A stretch of 61,538 nt of DNA, filler included, from Nemertoderma westbladi (Eukaryota > Animalia > Xenacoelomorpha), in NCBI GenBank assembly GCA_032718475.1. It is 4 parts of 4 records of this genome, joined end to end, with 100 filler letters (N's around TTAATTAATTAA, not from the genome) between each part and the next. Parts side by side here need not be neighbours in the genome. Positions count along the whole stretch, not along the records: positions 1 to 17,156 come from JAUCBJ010003480.1; positions 17,257 to 35,644 come from JAUCBJ010003408.1; 2 more parts are not named here. One strand, 5' to 3'. The notes under the pieces were generated by a model. The model was not told the DNA's origin. It did not search any database and saw only the letters and a program-made list of their open reading frames with translations. Shown here piece by piece: positions 12,325 to 23,975 of this stretch. Every line of letters starts with the position of its first letter. Position 1 is the stretch's first letter. A program made the translations under genes and the position numbers.

Positions 12325-12832
12325 GTGTCAGCTTGTGGGGCGAGCCACGAAGTGAGCGAAGCCTTAGCATATGGGTGCCATAAACGAGTTGTCTGTTGTC
12401 GTCGTCTGTCGTAAATTTTTGAACGCTAATAACTCGGTTATTCCTTGATGAAATTAAACGAAACTTGGTACGTATGTAGTCCGGTAAAAGTTTAGAAAGA
12501 ATCTGAAGTTTGGTAAAAAAAACGAACGAACGCAACGAGTTTACAGTGGATACGAGTATCAATCTGCCATAAATCGGCAGTTACTCTCACAGTTTCGAGA
12601 GTTTGCATAGTTATAAAGGTCGTTAGTCTCCGTTTAGGAAAATTATTGTAAGACGAAACAGGACGAGCGCAACGAGGCTAATGAAGGATAAGAGTATTGT
12701 AAAACTAAAGATGTCATACTTAACTCAAATAGCCCTAGTTATAAGGTTTTTAAATTATAGTTAAAGTGTGTAAGGGCAAACCGAAATGTTTCGTATACGC
12801 GCGAAGGCCCGACGAACGTGTATTATTACTGG
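12325..12832 (+). mobile_element. Possible Helentron/DINE-like non-autonomous element
   Basis: GCGAAGCC, then a GTCTGT/GTC microsatellite, then AAACTTGGTA, and a GC-rich segment near the 3' end. Architecture only. Confidence 0.35.
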
Positions 12833-13458
12833 TTCAGCGTAGGGAGTCCGTCATCTTCGAGTTGTACCTGAGTGAAATACGCCTTCTCAACATGTTTAGT
12901 AGATCTAACGTAAACTCAATAACAGCTGCCATGTTACGGTAGCGGCACTGACAAGTGCTTTCTGTCTATCAATCCAGAATTTATAATAATATCAACTATT
13001 GTTTAAGAAATAACCACAACGGCTTCAAACGTCAGGTTAAGTTACATTGTTAAGAACTCACTGGAGCTGTAAAGTTTACATTACTTCGCTATTGAATACA
13101 GCTACAATGTGATATCTTATCCTCAAGAGTTATATATTTATAGTGCTGTTCAACTAACTAACAACTCGAGATAATTATAAAATATTGAAATTAAGTAAAT
13201 TTTTTTGCTACTGATTCAGTTTCAGAGTACGTCGACGTCACTTATATTAAGCAGCCAATAACGGTCCAGCAGTTTTTAAATTTGCTTTTTCTTCAGGCGT
13301 GTGGTTAATGGTTATTCGCCAATATGGGTGCTTACGATGGCATTGATTCAGAAACCATGATGGGCTTAAAGAGTGGTCTACATGATTCTACCCCCCCCCC
13401 CCCCCCCTCAGATTTCGAGATCACATCCTTGTAAACTAGTTGTTTCCGACAGGCACTC

Positions 13459-13552
13459 AGTCATGAACTTCTAGAATATAATTTATACAATATTAATATA
13501 TAAGTATTAATTATTTAGGTATACGTCATTAATATTCTAGAAGTCCATGACT
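13459..13552. mobile_element. Small palindromic MITE
   Basis: AGTCATGAACTTCTAGAATAT / ATATTCTAGAAGTCCATGACT inverted repeats around an AT-rich core. Confidence 0.6.
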
Positions 13553-14215
13553 CTGTTCGAAAAAGAATATACCTACGATGGTTCTAGAAACTAAGTATCT
13601 GATTGGCTGAACCCGATCGTGTAGTACCAACTGCCAAAGAACCACCAAAGGCGGTCTTAGAGATACAGGATATCAAAAAAAATACCTGAATTTCAATGGA
13701 AAATAACTACTGATATGATAATGAGGTTCGAATGATTTAATTTCCAAGGACTATAATAATTAACATTATAAATACGAAGTTTTTTTCTCTAAGTATTTTG
13801 GAACATTACCTGAAATTCGACTCAATGGCGCAAAATGACCGCAAACACCAAATGTGTGTTTAGTGGGTTCGAAAAATTAATTATAATTTAGTTGAAAACA
13901 TTAAGGGAAAGGAAGTTTAAGTTAAAGTGGCGGTGTTTTCTAACGGAAACAATAAACGATTCTTTATTTCCATTGCGGTCAATTTTGTTATGGTAGAAGA
14001 GCGCGGTGATATCATAAAATATAAACAAGGTTTTCGGGCCGTCAAAACTTTTGAACCAAAAACAATAAAAGCGCTATAATTGTTTACATTGCAGTGGCGG
14101 GTTAAGACGAACGTAACTATTATTAGTTAGTTAATTATAAACAATGGCAATAAAAAAATAATGTCAACGAATGATACAAGAATGAACAAAGCAGTTGGAA
14201 CGGCGACTGACGCGT

Positions 14216-16651
14216 TTATTTTATTGTTTCTATCGGGGAACCTGTGCAATGAATGACGTCTTCCTCCAACTCCAGACTGTGAATCGCTACGGATGTTTGT
14301 GTTGTCATGGCAGCTGCAGAGCATCCTGATGACGCCATAGCTTCCCGATCCCAGACACGGACTGCCCCGGAAGTGTCGGCGGCGGCCAGCGCAGCCCCAT
14401 CCGGTCGCCATGCCAACACCGTAGTGGCGTCGGAAGCGGCCCGCAGCTCAGAGGAAACGGACCCGGTTCTGATATCGTGGATCCGGATGCGACGGTCCTC
14501 CCCAGCGGAGGCGACACGCAGCCCGTCCGGCGCGGGCGCCACGGCGTACACCGCGCCCCGGTGTCCGGTGAGGGCGCGGACGCAGCGGCCCTCCACCGCG
14601 CCCCACAGTCGGACAGTCCGGTCGCTGCCCCCGGTAATAACGTAGTTGGTGTTCGGATGGAAGGCCACGCAGTCGACGTCGGAAGAGTGGCCCACAAAGC
14701 TACGCAACGGGTAGGTCCGCTGCGGGTCCCACAGCTTAGCGCTACGGTCCCGCCCACCGCTGGCCATGTAGTGGGTCCAACGAGACACCGCCACATCCCA
14801 CACGCCACCCGTGTGGCCCCTATACCGAGCCACTGGGACACACCGCTCGAGGTCGCATAACACCAGCGAGGTGTCCAGAGACGCAGAAACTGTGTGGGTC
14901 CCCTCGGGGAATATTGCGAGTCTAGTCACTGGCGATGTGTGAGAACGTAGAATAGTGTTAGTTTTGGAGACGATATTCCACACACGCACTGCGTTGTCTC
15001 TACAGCCTGCTGCAAGGAGGTTGTGTTGGCGGAGTAATGTGCTACAATTTGCGTGGAGGTGAGTGGGTGATTGCGGGTAGCCAACACTGTATATGGCCAG
15101 TTGTGGATGGCATTGGAATGTATTGGATGATGACATTAGATGGGAACATTCGAATAGTTTGTCTTGTAGGTTGGAGTGCTGGGGACCATATAGTGCGGGG
15201 GAAACATCTGTTCTCGGTTGAACACATACTCTTGGGCATTCCATTGTTTGTTCACAATCTAATTGTGGTGGGAAGTCTATTTTTGGAGAATAATCTATTT
15301 GTGGTGGCAAATCTATTTTTGGTGGTAAATCTATTTTTGGTGGTAAATCTATTTTTGGTGGTAAATCTAATGCTGGTGTATCTTCCACCAAACATGACAA
15401 ATCCACTTCCATTGGCTCTCCATATTCTACATTTTTTTTAATCTTGCTATCACTTTCTACCACAAATGATGTTCTGCATATTTCTTCAGATACATCAGAG
15501 TTCTGTAAAGAAGAATCTTGCGATGTTACATTGAAAGTGGATTCTATCATTGCCAAGGAGTTTCTAAGTGGAATTTCTTCAGCACGGGTAGCAACATTGA
15601 TAGAGTCAATACCACCAGGGATGATACGGCCAGAGATGGTGGGGGTAGAACTAGTATTGGGTGTGGATTCAATTCCAATATCTTTAAGGACATTAGTGAC
15701 GCCAGTAGAAACAGATTCCATACCGGTACCAGTGGAGGAAGAATCAGTAGTGGTTGTGGTGGAACAAATACTAATTGAAGTGGCATCAGCACTCATATTG
15801 GTGGAACCATTAAAAAAAATCGGAACTGAATCAGTGCTGGCACAGGCGGAACTGGTGGACAATGAATATGTACTGCTAGTAGTAGACAATGCAAAAGTAC
15901 TGCTAGATTTGCAACAGTCTCTGTTTTCAATACTATAATTTGGACGCTCAGCAGAAATAATATCACCTTGGTTCGTGTTTCGATTAGCTTCAGTTGATAA
16001 TTCTTTGACTATTTGTTTGTCTGTCAACATGTGGCATTTCTTGTCCGTATTGTCACTATCAACCTCAACAATGATGTTATTTACTTCTAACACAATTCTT
16101 GTGTCTATAATTTGTAGGATCAACAAACAATTGTGTTTTTCTAGAAATAGTTTTAATTTTATAAAAGCTGCTTCTGATATTTTAATGTTGCTTCTAAGAT
16201 ACCGATATTTATCCACTAATCCAATATTGGTTTCTTTGCCGATGCGACCAGACATATCGAGGAGCTCCTGCTTATCGAGGTCCGTTCCTGGCACGGAGGC
16301 GTAATGACCATGGAAGAACTCATTGGCAGCAGTAACGTGACCGCTCAGCATAAGATCCAAGTATAGGTTGGTGAATATCGGAAGAATAAGCGACTCTAAA
16401 CACTGTGTTATTATACCCTTAATGAACTTTATAAAGAGTCGGAACTCACGACTAGGAGTTTGTGGCTCAGAGTTACAGGTTGTGTAGCTGTGCAGCGGCA
16501 TTGCTGCGTCAATGAGTTGTGTAACCATTCCGAGTAGGTTGTTCCGATCCGGGGTTTTAGCATCGGGTCGGTTTGAACTACCGGTACATCCTCGTTTTCG
16601 GTAGTAAGTAGCTAAACATGTCGATATCTGGGATTCGTTTACTCGCTTCAT
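14216..16651 (-). CDS. TAF5L: TAF5-like SAGA/PCAF-complex WD40 subunit, uninterrupted 811-aa ORF
   Basis: N-terminus MKRVNESQISTCLATYYRKR resembles TAF5L MKRVRTEQIQ..V..YLKRR; TAF5 NTD2 motif LILPIFTNLYLDLM; C-terminal WD40s including YPLRSFVGHSSDVDCVAFHPNTNYVITGGSDRTVRLW. Confidence 0.88.
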   Translation of the reverse strand: MKRVNESQISTCLATYYRKRGCTGSSNRPDAKTPDRNNLLGMVTQLIDAAMPLHSYTTCNSEPQTPSREFRLFIKFIKGIITQCLESLILPIFTNLYLDLMLSGHVTAANEFFHGHYASVPGTDLDKQELLDMSGRIGKETNIGLVDKYRYLRSNIKISEAAFIKLKLFLEKHNCLLILQIIDTRIVLEVNNIIVEVDSDNTDKKCHMLTDKQIVKELSTEANRNTNQGDIISAERPNYSIENRDCCKSSSTFALSTTSSTYSLSTSSACASTDSVPIFFNGSTNMSADATSISICSTTTTTDSSSTGTGMESVSTGVTNVLKDIGIESTPNTSSTPTISGRIIPGGIDSINVATRAEEIPLRNSLAMIESTFNVTSQDSSLQNSDVSEEICRTSFVVESDSKIKKNVEYGEPMEVDLSCLVEDTPALDLPPKIDLPPKIDLPPKIDLPPQIDYSPKIDFPPQLDCEQTMECPRVCVQPRTDVSPALYGPQHSNLQDKLFECSHLMSSSNTFQCHPQLAIYSVGYPQSPTHLHANCSTLLRQHNLLAAGCRDNAVRVWNIVSKTNTILRSHTSPVTRLAIFPEGTHTVSASLDTSLVLCDLERCVPVARYRGHTGGVWDVAVSRWTHYMASGGRDRSAKLWDPQRTYPLRSFVGHSSDVDCVAFHPNTNYVITGGSDRTVRLWGAVEGRCVRALTGHRGAVYAVAPAPDGLRVASAGEDRRIRIHDIRTGSVSSELRAASDATTVLAWRPDGAALAAADTSGAVRVWDREAMASSGCSAAAMTTQTSVAIHSLELEEDVIHCTGSPIETIK

Positions 16652-17156
16652 TCCACCATCATGAATAAGATAATTTGATGAAGCCGAATGACATAATAGG
16701 GCTATATTTCCAGAAATTTCAGATAACGTTAGTGTTTACGGGGATATTCACTGGAGCTCCGGCATCCGGCAGTACCTGACTGCAGCATACGCGTCGGTCA
16801 GTACGGTAGGCCTACAGCAGTACAGTGCCGGTAGGCCTAGCGATGGAAGTAGGAACCGTGTAGGTGAGTTTGGGGTACCGTAGCTACGGATTTTAGGTTC
16901 TGAAAATACTGAAATCTTTGGTAGGGGGATTCCAGCAACGTGGTTGTTGTTAAATAACAATTATTCTGCAATTTAATTACAGAATTATAAATTATATTAT
17001 ACCTGTAGTACTATTTATAGTGAAAGTTAATAAATAAATGAACTATGTCTGGATGTACTGTAGGCAGGGTAGGTAGGATATTGCACACAAAACAGGACAC
17101 ATACACACAGACAAACGCTGTCTGCACTGCATGCCAATCCTAATTTTATGTTCTGT

Positions 17157-17256
17157 NNNNNNNNNNNNNNNNNNNNNNNNNNNNNNNNNNNNNNNNNNNN
17201 TTAATTAATTAANNNNNNNNNNNNNNNNNNNNNNNNNNNNNNNNNNNNNNNNNNNN
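17157..17256. other. Assembly gap with artificial TTAATTAATTAA linker (also 35645-35744 and 51171-51270)
   Basis: 44 N + TTAATTAATTAA + 44 N, identical at three places. Confidence 0.98.
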
Positions 17257-18134
17257 GGAGATAAATAATGTTATTGATGTTGAAAGCCGAGACCACGTAC
17301 AATAGTAGTTTCTAATGATTGAGTGATTGAGTGGCCAATTTATAAACAGGTGAATAAAAAAACTAAAAAATATCGATAATACGATTCGATAAAACGAAAA
17401 GAGAGCGTGCGGTAGAGGAAGTAGTTTGTGATCAACAAATAAAAAACAGCAAGAAGTGAGGTAAACTAGGCAGACAATATAGCATAAAATTATAACAGTT
17501 TAATCAAGAAAATATAAACTTTACAACGAAAACATCTAGCCGAAAATGTATAATTAATTCTCGAACTTCTTAATTGCTTTGCTTTACAGTAGAGAAACTA
17601 GAGTATAGCGTTACTTTACAGTAAATGCATATTTTTAGTGTTTTTTTTTTTTTACTATTGAATAGCAACCTTTTAGCCCTCTATAAGAACTAGAGGGTGG
17701 TGGTCTAGTCGGACCCCATGGGTTAATAATTGATGTTAATAGGACACAGATAATGTACACAGTCCCAAATTATAGAGAACTCATCATATTTATTGGGATA
17801 TTTAATAAGAAAGACGTATTATTCTAGTGATTGAACTTTTCTCACCAACATTAATTGATGACCACCATGATAAATTACGGGGCCATGGTATATGGCCATT
17901 ATCAAATTGTTCAATGTCTTTTGTTCACTTCATTTTCTATTAATTTTTGTATATCTGGATGGTAGCCCGAATTAAATGGAGACACTTTAAAAACTTTAAA
18001 ATAAGGGACGATGGCTTTTTTTACTAAAAATGAGACACCAAAAAGTTTATTTAATTTGTATGTATGCCCAAGGGGTGAGTGACCTTGGTGAAACGCATTT
18101 AACCAATAGGTTAAATGCGTTTAAAGTCTGTGTT

Positions 18135-18260
18135 AGGAGAGGCTGTAGCGTTTAAAGCACTGTGCCCAAACAGTGCTGCTACCTGCCCCTTCTAGGGATC
18201 GAACTAGGGCCTCCTGATTGGAAGCCAAGGAATGTCACCACTAGCTAGACCAAGCTGCTG
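18135..18260 (-). mobile_element. tRNA-derived SINE, 5' part (same family as 60916-61182)
   Basis: Reverse strand GCAGCTTGGTCTAG...GTTCGATCCCTAG...GCAGCACTGTTTGGGCACAGTGCTTTAAA, with A and B boxes. Confidence 0.75.
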
Positions 18261-18720
18261 GTAAATGGAAACTAAATGAGTACCAGTTTCCGCTGGGGAG
18301 TATAGTTCCGGGGGGAGCGCGCTGGAAATAAGTCGTTAGACTTTGTGCGTAATCCCTGGCATGGCCTAATGCCCAAAGAAAACTTGAATTCTCTTTACTT
18401 TTACTTATTACTGGACAACTCCAATTACAGCTCAACTCTTTTATGTTGTCAGATCATAATATAATATATTGCAATATAGCAATATATATTTATGAGTGGA
18501 ATGTGTAAAGGTGAAGGTTGATGTGTGGCCCGGTGTATCAGGCAGCTAATACTACCTCGAAAATATACAACCATAGTACCTGGTGCCTCGTCACTATGTA
18601 CTTCCGTAGTTGTGCAACATGCTTAGGCATCAGGTAACTACCGTGGTATTAACCGCCTAAACACCAGATAGGCACTATACTTTATCGTAGTATTAACCGC
18701 CAAGGTAACTGGTACTAACT

Positions 18721-19491
18721 TATGGCATACATTTGGTATCATTATTCAATAATTTAATACGAATGATATTATTTCATCGTTTTAGAATTAAATGATTTTT
18801 GCCATGCTGAATTATTTCGATTGATATTATTGGTCGTTTTAAATAATGGTTTTCAACTAAATTATGAAATAATTCAACTGTTATTTAAATCGAGCAATAA
18901 TATCAAGCAAAATAATTCAACAGACAACATGTTTTAAATCAACCAATAATATTAAGCAAAATAATTCAACAGACAACATGTTTTAAATCAACCAATAATA
19001 TTAAGCAAAATAATTCAACAGACAACATGTTTTAAATCAACCAATAATATTAAGCAAAATAATTCAACAGACAACATGTTTTAAATCAACCAATAATATT
19101 AAGCAAAATAATTCAACAGACAACATGTTTTAAATCAACCAATAATATTAAGCAAAATAATTCAACAGACAACATGTTTTAAATCAACCAATAATATTAA
19201 GCAAAATAATTCAACAGACAACATGTTTTAAATCAACCAATAATATCAAGGAAAATAATTCAACAGACAACATGTTTTAAATCAACCAATAATATTAAGC
19301 AAAATAATGGAGTTTTGAAACATAATTTAAATCGATAAATAATATCAAGCGAAATAATTAAGTTGAAAAACAATATTTAAAACGACCAATAACCGAAATC
19401 GAAATAATTTAGCATGGCAAAAATCATTTAAAACGATCAATAATATCAATCGTATTAAATTATTGAATATTGATTCTAAATGTATGCCATA
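18721..19491. mobile_element. Foldback element: ~140-bp inverted arms enclosing about 8.5 tandem 49-bp units
   Basis: TATGGCATACATTT... / ...AAATGTATGCCATA; internal unit AATAATTCAACAGACAACATGTTTTAAATCAACCAATAATATTAAGCAA. Confidence 0.85.
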
Positions 19492-19690
19492 CTATCTAGC
19501 GGAAACAGTCTACCTATACTTCCTAATAAATTCGCTTCCTCCCATCAAAAACATAACTTTAACCTGTGTTATCGACTGCCGTTTATTGTTTTGGTTAGAA
19601 TAACGTGAACTGTAACCTTCTTCTCCTTTCGCTAAATTATAATTAAGCCTAAATTCTACCTATTCGGACCTTCATATACTACGGTATGAA

Positions 19691-22537
19691 GGCTGAGTAG
19701 CTCAGTTTCCAGTTTCCTGCAATCTATTGGTTGTAGGTTCAGCCCCGCCAGGGTCCACTCAGCCTTTCATCCACTGGGGTCGATAAAATGAGTACCAGTT
19801 AAAGTACCAGATAGGTTTAGCGCCCACACCTACCTTCGGGTAGCAGATAGGAGTAGCGCCCACCCATACCATCGGGTAGGAGATAGGAGTAGCGCCCATC
19901 CCTACGCTCGGGTAGCAGATAGGAGTAGCGCCCACCCCTTCCTTCGGGTAGCAGATAGGAGTAGCACCCACCCCTACCTTCGGGTAGCAGTTAGGAGTAG
20001 CGCCCACCCCTACCTTTGGGTAGCAGATAGGAGTAGCCCCCACCCCTACCTTTGGGTAGCAGATAGGAATAGCGCCCACCCCTACCTTTGGGTAGCAGAT
20101 AGGAGTAGCGCCCATCCCTACCTTTGGGTAGCAGATAGGAGTAGCGCCGAACCCCCCCTTCGGGTAGCAGATAGGAGTAGCCCCCACCCCTAGCTTTGGG
20201 TAGCAGATAGGAGTAGCGCCCACCCCTACCTTCGGGTAGCAGATAGGAGTAGCGCCCACCCCTACCTTTGGGTAGCAGATAGGAGTAGCGCCCACCCCTA
20301 CCTTCGGGTAGCAGATAGGAGTAGCGCCCACACCTACCTTCGTGTATCAGATAGGAGTAGCGCACACCCCTACTTTCGGGTAGCAGATAGGAGTAGCGCC
20401 CACCCCTACCTTTGGGTAGCAGATAGGAGTAGCGCCCACCCCTACCTTCGGGTAGCACATAGGAGTAGCGCCCACCCCTACCTTTGGGTAGCAGATAGGA
20501 GTAGCGCCCACCCCTACCTTCGGGTAGCAGATAGGAGTAGCGCCCACCCCTACCTTCGGGTAGCAGATAGCAATAGCGCCCACCCCTACCTTCGTGTATC
20601 AGATAGGAGTAGCGCACACCCCTACTTTCGGGTAGCAGATAGGAGTAGCGCCCACCCCTACCTTTGGGTAGCAGATAGGAGTAGCGCCCACCCCTACCTT
20701 CGGGTAGCACATAGGAGTAGCGCCCACCCCTACCTTTGGGTAGCAGATAGGAGTAGCGCCCACCCCTACCTTCGGGTAGCAGATAGGAGTAGCGCCCACC
20801 CCTACCTTCGGGTAGCAGATAGCAATAGCGCCCACCCCTACCTTCGGGTAGCAGATAGGAGTAGCGCCCACCCGTACCTCCGGGTAGCAGATAGGAGTAG
20901 CGCCCACCCCTACATTCGGGTAGCAGATAGTAGTAGCGCCCACCCCTACCTTCGGGTAGCAGATAGCAATAGCGCCCACCCCTACCTTCGGGTAGCATAT
21001 AGGAGTAGCGCCCACACCTACCTTCGGGTAGCAGATAGGAGTAGCGCCCACCCATACCTTTGGGTAGCAGATAGGAGTAGCGCCCACCCCGACCTTCGGG
21101 TAGCAAATAAGAGTAGCGCCCACCCCTACCTTCGGGTAGCAGATAGGAGTAGCGCCCACCCCTACCTTCGGGTAGCAGATAGGAGTAGCGCCCACCCCTA
21201 CCTTCGGGTAGCAGATAGGAGTAGCGCCTATCCCTACCTTCGTGTAACAGATAAGAGTAGCGCCAACCCCTACCTTCGGGTAGCAGATAGGAGTAGCGCC
21301 CACCCCTACCTTCGGGTAGCAGATAGGAGTAGCGCGCACCCCTACCTTCGGGTAGCAGATAGCAATAGCGCCCACCCCTACCTTCGGGTAGCAGATAGGA
21401 GTAGCGCCCAGCCGTACCTTCGGGTAGCAGATTGGAGTAGCGCCCACCCCTACCTTTGGGTAGCAGATAGTAGCGCCCACCCCTACCTTCAGGAAGCAGA
21501 TAGCAATAGCGCCCAGCCCTACCTTCGGGTAGCAGATAGGAGTAGCGCCCACCCCTACCTTCGGGTAGCAGATAGGAGTAGCGCCCACCCATACCTTCGG
21601 GTAGCAGATATCAATGGCGCCCACCCCTACCTTCGGGTAGCAGATAGGAGTAGGAGTAGCGCCCACCCCTACATTCGGGTAGCAGATAGCAATAGCGCCC
21701 ACCCCTACCTTCGGGTAGCAGATAGGAGTAGCGCCCACCCCTACCTTCGGGTAGCAGATAGGAGTAGCGCCCACCCATACCTTCGGGTAGCAGATATCAA
21801 TGGCGCCCACCCCTACCTTCGGGTAGCAGTTAGGAGTAGCGCCAACCCCTACATTCGGGTAGCAGATAGCAATAGCGCCCACCCCTACCTTCGGGTAGCA
21901 GATAGGAGTAGCGCCCACCCCTACATTCGGGTAGCAGATAGGAGTAGCGCCCACCCCTACATTCGGGTAGCAGATAGCAATTGCACCCACCCCTACTTTT
22001 GGGTAGCAGATAGGAGTAGCGCACACCCCTACATTCGGGTAGCAGATAGGAGTAGCGCCCACCCCTTCGTTCGGGTAGCAGATAGGAGTAGCGCCCACCC
22101 ATACCTTCGGGTAGCATATAGGAGTGCGCCCACCCATTCCCGTGGGTAGCAGATAGGTTTAGCGCCCACCCCTACCTTCGGGAAGCAGATAGGAGTAGCG
22201 CCCAGCCGTACCTACGGGTTGCAGATAGGAGTAGCACCCACCCCTACCTGCGGGTAGCAGATAGGAGTAGCGCCCACCCCTACCTTCGGGTAGCAGATAG
22301 GAGTAGCGCCCACCCATTCCCTCGGGTAGCAGATATGTTTGGCGCCCACCCATACCTTTGGGTAGCAGATAGGAGTAGCGCCCACCCATACCTTTGGGTA
22401 GCAGATAGGAGTAGCGCCCACCCCTACCTTAGGGTTGCAGATAGTAGTAGCGCCCACCCATAACCTCGGGTAGCAGCTATCGAAAGAGGAGCCTTCGGGT
22501 CGCGTCCGAACTCGGCCGACTGTTTGCTTTGCTTGCT
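19691..22537 (+). mobile_element. tRNA-headed SINE with a Deu/Nin-type core, internally expanded by a tandem array
   Basis: Head GGCTGAG-TAGCTCAGTT (A box) ... GGTTCAGCCCC (B-box-like); core CCACTCAGCCTTTCATCCACTGGGGTCGATAAAATGAGTACCAG; after the array the tail resumes CTATCGAAAGAGGAGCCTTCGGGTC...TTTGCTTTGCTTGCT. Confidence 0.75.
19808..22476. repeat. 36-bp minisatellite, about 74 copies, each with a CTACC-TTCG-GGTAG hairpin
   Basis: Unit GGAGTAGCGCCCACCCCTACCTTCGGGTAGCAGATA; 12-aa periodicity in the overlapping ORFs. Confidence 0.97.
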
Positions 22538-22814
22538 GGTGCCCAGGCACGTAGTACTACAGTAGTACCTGGTGCCTCTTACACTGGGCCTTTACACCAT
22601 AGGTATTCTCAGACTCATATTTAGTTAAATTATTTTCTAACGTTTGGCAACATTACTTTCTTTAGATGTATTTAGTTGTACGGCTGTGTGGTTGTAGCTC
22701 ATATGCATACCGATATTCAACGCATCAGTGGAAATAATATATTAGTAGATATCGAAATTCCCTAGATAACAATGGGGGTCGAACTTCTTAGGATAAGTAA
22801 TATTAGTATTAGGA

Positions 22815-22885
22815 CTTACAGTGGACGATTACCCATTGTCGTGAACAGGCAATCCATGACTTAATAAGCCTTTTAAATATTCTCC
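22815..22885 (+). mobile_element. SINE 3' tail fragment
   Basis: TTACAGTGGACGATTACCCATTGTCGTGAACAGGCAATCCATGACTTAA aligns with the tail of the SINE at 60916-61182. Confidence 0.55.
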
Positions 22886-22899
22886 AATCAGACTGTACC

Positions 22900-23520
22900 A
22901 TGAATATTAGAATTCAAATAAAAATTATTAAGGAAGCGACAGTTTCTCTCCGTTTCTCCAGTTTTTTCCAGAGTTTCTCCAGAGTTTTCACTTTCTTCGG
23001 ATTCCACCTCGCAGGTGGACAAATCAGTTTGATAGACTCGCTCCCTGCGCTTAGTTGGGATTGTTTTGTCGGATTTTGGATCTATGTTGTGCTCTCGGCG
23101 TTGCGTGATCATTAGCAATGAGGATTCATAGTCTAGATATTCTAAGAACTCTTTCATACCCAAAGCTGGCTTACCACGAAGTTTGGCGTTTAATACATTA
23201 CGATCCCATCGTGTAGAAACACTACTCTTAGGTAGGGCTGCGGAAATCATACCAACGACAACGGGAGTATCATAATATTCGTGTTTATCTAACCAATCCA
23301 ACTGTCTACAAATCTCGTTAATCTCGTCAACAAACTTAACCATTTCTGTAATAATTACACGTTTACGGTTAACTAGCTCTGATATAGATATTGGGCTATC
23401 GAAGCTTCATCTCCATATCTATCATGTAATAATCTCCATAGTTCCTCTAATCCCTGAGGATGTCCAATATATCTCTGTGCTAATTCCTTTGGATAACCTT
23501 CTAAACAGTCTACTAAAAGA
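22900..23520 (-). mobile_element. BEL/Pao LTR retrotransposon gag fragment (DUF1759-like), degraded
   Basis: LLVDCLEGYPKELAQRYIGHPQGLEELWRLLHDRYGD, then MVKFVDEI...VVVGMISAALPKS..STRW...MKEFLEYL; frame disruption near 23370. Confidence 0.65.
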
Positions 23521-23623
23521 ATTTAAAAGATTCACAAAAAATCACACAAATAATTTAAACTCTGAAATTAAAAAGTTAACTAAATTAGTCAAATGCCTCC
23601 TCTGTTGCGCTGCAGTATTTCCT

Positions 23624-23975
23624 TTATGATTCAAGCAGACAAGCGTGGTTCCCTTTCTGAACAGCTACAACAAGAAGCTGTCGTAGGAGGCGGGTGACAT
23701 TCGTGCTGTCGGTTCATTTGGCATTCAGCATTTAGCCTTCTTGCACCAAGATCTGAAATAAAGGTTACACTTTCTCTGCCTATCCCTCCGTTTCTCGGTG
23801 GCGATGGGCTGAAAAAGTACTGATTTGGCGGGGGAGGTTCGTATTTGAGGCGCTTCGAACTTCCACATTTTATTGGCGATTGTTAGTTCTCTATATGGGA
23901 TGAGCATTGAACAAAGGCCATGTGGGCAGGTGAAGTCCCATGCGAAAGTCCAGCATGCTTTATCACCGATGTAAT
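23624..23975 (-). mobile_element. Degraded CRE-clade non-LTR retrotransposon, restriction-like endonuclease domain
   Basis: Across frameshifts: AWDFTC...FQPIATE.GGIGRESVTFISDLGARRL...LLRQLLVVAVQKGNHACLLES*. Confidence 0.7.

Noticed and set aside
14127-16304. Multiple overlapping short ORFs within TAF5L (and likewise within Jagged and the LINEs)
   Set aside because: Shadow or antisense frames of real coding sequence.
19808-22476. CRISPR-like array (36-bp unit with hairpin)
   Set aside because: Units are contiguous with no unique spacers, there are no cas genes, and the context is eukaryotic.
19759-22550. Long repetitive ORFs (GATPICYPKVGV / GGRYSYLLPEGR)
   Set aside because: They are by-products of a 36-bp unit that is stop-free on the minus strand; several frames are open and there is no gene context.
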